A DNA stretch of 64,000 bases, taken from positions 704,001-768,000 of the forward strand of contig CAWHBU010000002.1 of the NCBI GenBank assembly GCA_963827685.1, in the 5' to 3' direction. Numbering within the stretch: position 1 is the stretch's first letter; every line of letters begins with the position of its first letter. The DNA is from an uncultured delta proteobacterium (GTDB lineage Bacteria; Desulfobacterota; BSN033; UBA1163). The position numbers and the translations under genes are program-made. The notes beneath the pieces were generated by a model. That model made no database searches, was not told the origin of the DNA, and saw only the letters and a list, made by a program, of their open reading frames with translations. Of the stretch, positions 57,231 to 64,000 are shown one piece after another.

Positions 57231-60200
57231 TTAGAAAACGAGTCTCCAATCAAGTGGCCAGATAGCATTGGTCATTGTAAGCTGTGGTGAAAAAACGCCT
57301 CCGGCCACACCTCCGTATCCTGTTACCGTACCATTAATGACGGCGATGATAATCCCGGACGGGATGCCGGCCCCGACATTCATTGACCGGTCCGTCACCG
57401 AAATCGTTGAATTGTTGTCCAGGTCAAACATCGCATTTCCAGTCTGATATTGCATGACATAGACGTTTCCCGATCCTGTACCAAGCGAACAGTGAGTATT
57501 AAGGTTGGTAGGGGTGGGCGTAAAAGTGGTGTAATATACCGCTCCGCCCAAAACAACGGCCGCACCACTACACTTTTCACCAGGATTTGGGTTTTCACCA
57601 GCACTCTGGTTCAGTCGGATATACCACCCCATACTTGATCGCAAAGTACTAAGGGGGGTTCCATATGAAGTGACATCAGTCAAGCTACTTTCTGTTAATG
57701 CGGTGAGAGGATTCGGAAGAGTATCATAGTCCTTGATCGCATAGAGTTTGTTGACGCCAGAGGTAGTACCATTGGGCTTTTCTCGATCCCCGGTGCCAAA
57801 AAAGAGCATATCATAAGTTCCACTTCCTATATTATTTTCAAAAGTGACATCAGGAGGATATAATATCTTTCCGCTGCCTTTGAAGATGATCTCCCCTGTC
57901 CAACTGGCAGTATTGGTCATATCGCCAATATCGAATCTCCAAATCTCTCCCCCAACATCCCCGACATAGAGCCTTTCAATGAGACCTTCTCCATATCCAT
58001 ACTTGTCTAAGACATCTATCGGGGTAATATCACTGGGGATACAATATTTCATATTCGAATCATTACTATGTGAGTATTTCCAAACTTGGCTTCCATCCAT
58101 GATATCAACAACATAAATGGCCCTTCCAGATGTATCTGTTCCGGCTGGAGTTGTATCCTCAGCCGAGGTTGGCTGTGTATTATCATATCCGCCGCCGATA
58201 AAAGCCACCCATTTTATTTGGGTCCCATTCTTAATTTTCCCAAGTATCGGGGTGCTCCAACTTTGTCCCATCTCCGAATAAGGGAACTGACCACCGACGT
58301 TGAGATCAGGGCCGATATACCAAAGATATTGGGGGTGATACGGGTCAGTGACGTCAAGAGCATAGTAACGATTTCCTCCCCTTCTCTCCCCAAAGATGAG
58401 AATAGTTTGGGTCAGGCCGGTATTAGGATTCGTGCCGGTCCAAGCTTTTGGAGACCCATCAACAAAAAGTTGTACGGAAGTGTAGTTTTTATTAAAATTG
58501 TCCAACTTTGGCAATAAGTCAGGAGGGATAAACCCCCATAATTCAGTCCCGTCGTCGGAACCAACGCCATTGGTATCCTTGAAGGCATGAAGCATCCCAT
58601 CATTGGCTCCTGCGTAAATCACGTCATAACTTGCGTAATGGATCACCACAGGCCTTGAATGAATAAAGGCTCCCAGGATCCAGTCTCTTTTGGTACCAGG
58701 CCCAGTGCTCCAACTCCAGGGGTCCCATCCGTGGATAAAATCGATGACGTTGTCTCTCTCGGTGGTAGTGGTTACTCCTAATGTCGTCGTGCTTATCTTG
58801 CCTTGAGGATGATCGGGATATGTATTCGATAAACTGAAGGCGTTTGATGAATCCGTCAGATTCGTATTCGTTCCCATATACGTGTAGATATTTCTTGAGT
58901 CTGGATAGCTCGTTAAACTTGCTAAAAGGACTGCGCCTACCCCTCCTTTCTCGACTTCCCCTCCGTCAGCGGAGGTGCTCCAATAAGACTGGGCGGTCGA
59001 TAAAATTATACTCTCGTTGTGGGGAATAGCGAGGTTGCCATTCATATCAATCACATCGCCAACCTTTAATGTTGGAGTATCGGTTGATTGAATTCCATAT
59101 TTTTTGATATTTCCTTTCCACATCGTCGTGGTCGTCGGTTTAAACATTCCTAAATACATACGATTTTCGGAGCTGGTACTCTGAAATTGGCTGATTGGGA
59201 CCACAGGGGCCACATACGAAGTCGATTGTGCAAGAAGTGTGATGATAAAGTTTCGAATGTTCTTAATTGCATCGTCGAGTTGGCTTTCGTTCTGTGCAAT
59301 AAAGGCATATCCGGATATTCCATACTGTCCAGGGTCATTGGTATTAGCATAATAATATTCATATCCACCGACTAGTCCGCCATCAGTATTTGCAGAATCC
59401 ATACATTGTGTAACATTCAATGGGTAGATCTGGCCGAACGGTATGGAGTACGTCGCGGTTATGGATTGGGTCGCGTCAGTATTCCTTGTCCTTCCATAAT
59501 AGGCAGCCCAGTTGAGCGTATTTTGCAGGTAAGTAGGCATGGCTGAACCAAACCCTACAACAAAAACGTAATATCCTGCATTGGCCAGTGCCCTTGCCTG
59601 AGCAACTGTCTCTCTTCTTCCCTTATATTGAATGGTTTGGCCTTCTTGTCCATTATTACCACAGGCATACGTGTCATCTCCGTCTGTAATGAGAATCACA
59701 AACTTCTGACGGCAAGCTGCATCATCATCACCGTTCTTTGAATAATCAAGGTAGTATTTAGCCTCTTGCAGCGCCGCAGCAAGCGGGGTTCCTCCTGATG
59801 CACTCTCTCTGGCAACGCATGTACCGGAACCGGAACTTGTTGAGGTACAACTCGTGCTACTGTTACAATAAATTGTATTGTAGGAAGTATTAAAAGGATA
59901 GATAAGTGTATTACAGCCGCTGCTGTAACTGCTGGTGTTGGTTTCGGGATAGCCTGTAACCTCAGCAGAACTCGAACCGCAATTATAATACCTCATGTAT
60001 CCCATTCTGATCTTCAAATAAGTTTGGTCCTTTGAGTCAATGATTCCATCAGGAATTCCATTACCGCTTCCATCGTCTGTATCAAGAAAGTTGAAAACGG
60101 CCTTCTTTGCAAGAGCAAGCTTACTGCTGCTGCAATTCGTAGTATGCCCAGTTCCAGAGGATCGATAGTAAGGACCTAAGCATGTTGAGTCGCCCCATGT

Positions 60201-60701
60201 CGCATTATTTTGACCATTGTCACACGAACTTGTATGGGGGCTGGCATTTGTCGGATAATATGCAACATTATCTCCACAATTATTAGTCCAACTGGTGCAC
60301 GTTCCAGGATCATAGTATAGTGGTGAGGGGACATGACCAGTGCAGTCGTGATTATGCCCAGTTCCAGAGGATCGATAGAAAGGACCCGTGCATGATGAGT
60401 TACTCCATTTTGCACCACTATTCGAACACGAACTTGTATAAGGGGATGCGCTTGTCGGATAATATGCAACACTATCTCCACAGCTATGAGTCCAATGTGT
60501 GCACGTTCCAGGATCATAGTATAGACCGCCGCCCCAAGGTGGATCGTCCATGCTCCCTGATAAGTCAAGAAGGATCAAAGCGTCAGGGGGGACCTGTTGC
60601 ATGACCTGAGTAAGAATATAAAGATCCGTATCATCGGCAAAGGCATGGGAAAAAGAAATTAGAGAAATCAATAAAAGTGATAAATAGACTATTTTCTTCA
60701 T
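57231..60701 (-). CDS. pilY1: PilY1/PilC pilus tip adhesin (vWA plus beta-propeller)
   Basis: Signal peptide, DLSGSM MIDAS, GGTPL, ITDG; GANDGMLHAF, ELWGFIP, VDGSP, GQSWSTP, FGTGD, GWYI. Confidence 0.9.
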   Translation of the reverse strand: MKKIVYLSLLLISLISFSHAFADDTDLYILTQVMQQVPPDALILLDLSGSMDDPPWGGGLYYDPGTCTHWTHSCGDSVAYYPTSASPYTSSCSNSGAKWSNSSCTGPFYRSSGTGHNHDCTGHVPSPLYYDPGTCTSWTNNCGDNVAYYPTNASPHTSSCDNGQNNATWGDSTCLGPYYRSSGTGHTTNCSSSKLALAKKAVFNFLDTDDGSGNGIPDGIIDSKDQTYLKIRMGYMRYYNCGSSSAEVTGYPETNTSSYSSGCNTLIYPFNTSYNTIYCNSSTSCTSTSSGSGTCVARESASGGTPLAAALQEAKYYLDYSKNGDDDAACRQKFVILITDGDDTYACGNNGQEGQTIQYKGRRETVAQARALANAGYYVFVVGFGSAMPTYLQNTLNWAAYYGRTRNTDATQSITATYSIPFGQIYPLNVTQCMDSANTDGGLVGGYEYYYANTNDPGQYGISGYAFIAQNESQLDDAIKNIRNFIITLLAQSTSYVAPVVPISQFQSTSSENRMYLGMFKPTTTTMWKGNIKKYGIQSTDTPTLKVGDVIDMNGNLAIPHNESIILSTAQSYWSTSADGGEVEKGGVGAVLLASLTSYPDSRNIYTYMGTNTNLTDSSNAFSLSNTYPDHPQGKISTTTLGVTTTTERDNVIDFIHGWDPWSWSTGPGTKRDWILGAFIHSRPVVIHYASYDVIYAGANDGMLHAFKDTNGVGSDDGTELWGFIPPDLLPKLDNFNKNYTSVQLFVDGSPKAWTGTNPNTGLTQTILIFGERRGGNRYYALDVTDPYHPQYLWYIGPDLNVGGQFPYSEMGQSWSTPILGKIKNGTQIKWVAFIGGGYDNTQPTSAEDTTPAGTDTSGRAIYVVDIMDGSQVWKYSHSNDSNMKYCIPSDITPIDVLDKYGYGEGLIERLYVGDVGGEIWRFDIGDMTNTASWTGEIIFKGSGKILYPPDVTFENNIGSGTYDMLFFGTGDREKPNGTTSGVNKLYAIKDYDTLPNPLTALTESSLTDVTSYGTPLSTLRSSMGWYIRLNQSAGENPNPGEKCSGAAVVLGGAVYYTTFTPTPTNLNTHCSLGTGSGNVYVMQYQTGNAMFDLDNNSTISVTDRSMNVGAGIPSGIIIAVINGTVTGYGGVAGGVFSPQLTMTNAIWPLDWRLVF
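60132..60524 (-). repeat. Tandem duplication of a Cys-rich module of about 60 aa in PilY1 (period 204 bp)
   Basis: LYYDPGTCT.WT..CGD.VAYYPT.ASP.TSSC...W..S.C.GP.YRSSGTGH...C occurs twice (starts 60524 and 60320). Confidence 0.9.
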
Positions 60702-60721
60702 TGTAATCTATCTCCTCCCTG

Positions 60722-61228
60722 CTATTGGACAGGCAACAGTCTCATGACATCTTCCATGAGCTCAGTTCTTGCTCCACAACCTGCTGTACCTTGCCCGGTA
60801 GATTGCACTTGATAATATGCATAACCAAGATTGACAGCAGAAAACCCGCCTCCTCTCGGCGGGCCTGATTGGTTCAGAAAAGCATCAATGTGTCCTGTAA
60901 CAGAAGGACAAGGAGGATAAGGCTGTGGAATACTCGCATCGCCAAAGGGGTTGTCATACCGAGACGTGGTATTCTGAACCAAAACATCATCATATTTGGT
61001 CAGGTCGAAGTTTGTGGAATAGGACGTGATTGCGTTGATTCCAGCATCCGCAGCATAAAATGCATCCGTTGCGCACCTCTTGTTTCCAGAGATTTTGATC
61101 TCAAAGATGGAGGTATAACTCGATGCAAGAGCGATCAGGGTGATGACAACCAACATGATGAGAGCAACGACCAGAGCAGCACCCGATTCTTTTTTTACAA
61201 TAGTATTCGTTTTTAAAGCCATATGCAC
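60722..61228 (-). CDS. pilX: PilX-like minor pilin
   Basis: ESGAALVVALIML, AFYAADAG. Confidence 0.8.
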   Translation of the reverse strand: MHMALKTNTIVKKESGAALVVALIMLVVITLIALASSYTSIFEIKISGNKRCATDAFYAADAGINAITSYSTNFDLTKYDDVLVQNTTSRYDNPFGDASIPQPYPPCPSVTGHIDAFLNQSGPPRGGGFSAVNLGYAYYQVQSTGQGTAGCGARTELMEDVMRLLPVQ

Positions 61229-61261
61229 TCCCCTTCGTCCCTATTCTTTATTGCTCTTTGA

Positions 61262-62002
61262 TCAATACGCCTGATATCTTTTGAAAAACATATTTCTCGG
61301 AGTGACCACAGAAGTTAAAGTTCGCGGTGAAACCATCTTCGTCACATCCGAATCAACCGGAGATAACCCCGTGGATGCAGGGTTTGCAGTTAAGGTAACG
61401 TAGATGGCCAACACTTTCGCCGTCCCCACATTTGCAGCTGCAACGAAGGTATTGTTGGGGACAGCGGCGGTGTTGTCGACAATGCCGCTCACCGGATCTA
61501 TGTTATCTATGACTCCATCTCCGTTTGCATCGATACCATAGCTGAAATTGAGGTTAGTTACATTACTTAACAGCGTCTCTGGAACGCCGTTGAGAGTCCG
61601 TGTCAAATCTCCTCCTGGCCCTGGCCACGCATAAGTCACTGTGGATACGGTGGGGCTGCCCATGCCCACACTCGGGATATATTCATAATTGACAGTGATA
61701 CTCGTATTACTAAGAGGAGTCCCAATCGCGCCATTGCTGATCACGCCTGAATCATCGAAGCTTCTATTTTTAAACCCTGCCATTCGTATGTCTCTTACCA
61801 TAATTTCCATGGCGCCCCTGACATCCTGTTGAACTTCAGCCACCTGATCCTGAACCGTGTAGGCCCTGGTTTGGGCAATAAAAACTTTGTAAATGCCTCC
61901 AATCACTATCGCGCAAATGACCAATACCACTAACAGTTCGATAAGGGTAACCCCTTTCTTATTAAGTATGGACTGTTTTTTTAACGGATTGTTTTTCATC
62001 AT
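61262..62002 (-). CDS. pilW: PilW-like minor pilin
   Basis: G|VTLIELL, DIRMAGF, PRN C-terminus. Confidence 0.8.
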   Translation of the reverse strand: MMKNNPLKKQSILNKKGVTLIELLVVLVICAIVIGGIYKVFIAQTRAYTVQDQVAEVQQDVRGAMEIMVRDIRMAGFKNRSFDDSGVISNGAIGTPLSNTSITVNYEYIPSVGMGSPTVSTVTYAWPGPGGDLTRTLNGVPETLLSNVTNLNFSYGIDANGDGVIDNIDPVSGIVDNTAAVPNNTFVAAANVGTAKVLAIYVTLTANPASTGLSPVDSDVTKMVSPRTLTSVVTPRNMFFKRYQAY

Positions 62003-62032
62003 TTCTCCAAAAAAAAGTGAACCGCGACTCCC

Positions 62033-62434
62033 CTAAGAAAGAGGAATTGCTGAAACAATAGTAATTGAGTGAGGTGTTGTATCGGTCCAGCTAACCGTAA
62101 CGGTAATGATGTCAAGTGTATTGTTGGGATTTGGGACGGCAATATAGCTTCTGGTATAAGTGATCCCCGTGGAACCGACAGGGGGAACTGCACCGGGAAC
62201 CTGATCTGGAGACACCGTTATATTAACCGGGATACTTCCCAACGGCGTCAACCTTAACTTCTCAAGCAAGTCCTGAGCGAATGTGGCAGCCTCTGTCAAG
62301 TGGCCTCCAGAAGCATTATTCTTCGTACTCGTAACCATCAAACCAGCGAGAGCTAATAATGCGATAGACAAAATAACTAAGGCCACAAGTACCTCGATCA
62401 AAGAAAAACCTTCTGATTTGCTTGAAAGCTTCAA
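62033..62434 (-). CDS. pilV: PilV-like minor pilin
   Basis: G|FSLIEVLVAL; TTG start 62434 after GGAGG. Confidence 0.82.
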   Translation of the reverse strand: MKLSSKSEGFSLIEVLVALVILSIALLALAGLMVTSTKNNASGGHLTEAATFAQDLLEKLRLTPLGSIPVNITVSPDQVPGAVPPVGSTGITYTRSYIAVPNPNNTLDIITVTVSWTDTTPHSITIVSAIPLS

Positions 62435-62470
62435 AATTTTACCTCCCCAAAATGGTTTTGAGTTTATTAA

Positions 62471-62486
62471 TGCAAACCCCATACCA
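62471..62486 (-). promoter_or_regulatory. Sigma-54 promoter for the pilV-W-X-Y1 operon
   Basis: TGGTATGGGGTTTGCA, GG-N10-GC spacing. Confidence 0.7.
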
Positions 62487-62703
62487 ATAGATTCCCACTT
62501 CGGTAAGGAAAAGGATTGTAGTATGAAATTGTTTAATAGATTTGGTGGGTTACAAGCTAAGAACAACCATTAGAGAAGGGAAAATCTGCACGTGTGGTTC
62601 TTGCTCCTTATGAAAAGTTTTAATTAATTGAGAAAAAATTGCATAGCTTCAAAGGAGGGTTGTTTTTACATGAACCCGATTCGCCTGTTTCATGCTTGAT
62701 GAT

Positions 62704-64000
62704 CTACAGTTCATTTTCAACAATCCCATATTCTTTGATCTTATAGAGCAGCGCACGATGACTGATTTCGAGCAATTTCGCAGCATGGGTATGATTTCCT
62801 TTTGTCTTTCTTAAAGCCTTTTTAATTAAATTGATTTCTAAAGTCTTGGACGTTTTTTTAATAGAATATTCTTCATCGGGCTGCGGCTCCACTTGAAACT
62901 CGTCTTTGAAATTTTGGATTTCGTTGGGTAAATTTTCCAACTCAATATTATTTTTCTCTGACAATACGATAGCCCTTTCGACTGTATTCTCCAGTTCCCT
63001 TACATTTCCGTACCACTTATAGTTGATCAATGTTTCCAGAGCATTGTGATCGATATTCGCCACATTCTTGTTCATGGCTTGATTATATTTCTCAATGAAA
63101 TGTTGGATGAGCAAAGGGATGTCCTCTTTTCTTTCTCGGAGAGGTGGAATGTGGATAGGAAGGACGTTGAGCCGATAGAATAGGTCCTCTCTGAAACGAC
63201 CTTCGTTTACCTCCTTTGACAGATCTTTAACGGTGGCGGCCACTATTCTCACGTCGATCTGAATGGGCTTTGATTCTCCTATCCTCCTTATCTCTCCATC
63301 TTGAAGCACACGCAAAAGTTTCACCTGGAGTTGACCGGGTAAATCTCCAATCTCATCTAAAAAGAGCGTTCCGCCATCCGCCTCTTCAAATAGGCCCTTT
63401 TTCGTCCGAATGGCATCGGTAAAGGCCCCTTTGGCATGCCCGAAGAGCTCGCTTTCTAATAAGTTCTCTGGAATGGCTCCGCAATTGACAGCGATAAAAG
63501 GATTTGGGGATCGGGCGCTGTTATAATGTAGTGCTCTGGCCACCAATTCTTTCCCTGTCCCGCTTTCTCCCGTGATGAGCACGGTGGATTTATATTGAGA
63601 TACTTTTTTAATCACATCGAATATTTTTTGCATTTGTTCATTTTTGCTAACGATATTTTCAAAACTATATTCCTTCCCCACCTCTTTTCTCAAAAGTTGA
63701 TTTTCTTTCCTTAACTGTTCCCTCTCTTCTGCCTTTCTCAAGGTGAGAATAATTTCATCAGGCTTAAAGGGTTTTGAGATGTAATCATATGCTCCGAGTT
63801 TCATCGCTTCAATAGCAGTATCCATCGTTCCATAGGCCGACATCATAATGATCGACGCCTCCACGCCGGTCTTTTTTATCTCTCTCAAAAACTCTAAACC
63901 ATCCATACGGGGCATACGGATATCACAAAGGATCTGATCAAAGGGAGAGGCAGCGGCCTTCTGCAGGCCCTCCTCCCCGGTCGAAGAGACTTCCACCTCG
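62704..64000 (-). CDS. NtrC/PilR-like sigma-54 response regulator (5' end outside the window)
   Basis: REC tail, GESGTGKE, GAFTDA, Fis HTH. Confidence 0.92.
   Translation of the reverse strand, partial: EVEVSSTGEEGLQKAAASPFDQILCDIRMPRMDGLEFLREIKKTGVEASIIMMSAYGTMDTAIEAMKLGAYDYISKPFKPDEIILTLRKAEEREQLRKENQLLRKEVGKEYSFENIVSKNEQMQKIFDVIKKVSQYKSTVLITGESGTGKELVARALHYNSARSPNPFIAVNCGAIPENLLESELFGHAKGAFTDAIRTKKGLFEEADGGTLFLDEIGDLPGQLQVKLLRVLQDGEIRRIGESKPIQIDVRIVAATVKDLSKEVNEGRFREDLFYRLNVLPIHIPPLRERKEDIPLLIQHFIEKYNQAMNKNVANIDHNALETLINYKWYGNVRELENTVERAIVLSEKNNIELENLPNEIQNFKDEFQVEPQPDEEYSIKKTSKTLEINLIKKALRKTKGNHTHAAKLLEISHRALLYKIKEYGIVENEL

Noticed and set aside
60132-60524. PilY1 repeat pair as a DGR template/variable repeat
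   Set aside because: Differences are not adenine-specific and include an indel, both copies are in-frame coding, and no reverse transcriptase is in the window

Overview
Bacterial chromosome segment. The gene content (Vor/Kor oxidoreductase, CcsB, many sigma-54 regulators, MglA/MglB, pilMNOPQ, PilY1) suggests an anaerobic deltaproteobacterium (Desulfobacterota-like); this is an inference. Positions 1-11.8 kb hold the right part of an integrated phage-satellite/PICI-like element: tyrosine integrase, AlpA-like gene, truncated D5_N primase, plasmid-type Rep and TerS. It ends in a displaced 3' half of tRNA-Arg(TCT). A complete IS256 with an 8-bp target duplication lies at the left of this region. 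Positions 11.8-20 kb are housekeeping and metabolic genes. Positions 20.5-29.2 kb form a co-oriented signalling cluster: an orphan FabF-like ketosynthase directly upstream of a 7TM-GAF histidine kinase, a doubly degenerate AAA/kinase protein, a sigma-54 regulator and a sigma-54-driven REC-HD-GYP gene. This is the best candidate for an undescribed lipid-signal system. A four-helix-bundle gene at 31.7 kb sits in a cassette with inverted heptamer arrays and an 11-bp direct repeat. Positions 32-38.5 kb hold dnaJ-mobA-TPR-rimI-pyrK-pyrD. Positions 38.5-64 kb are a type IV pilus region: pilMNOPQ, an Mgl polarity module with a frameshifted mglB, and two minor-pilin clusters. All assignments come from reading motifs by eye; no searches were run.
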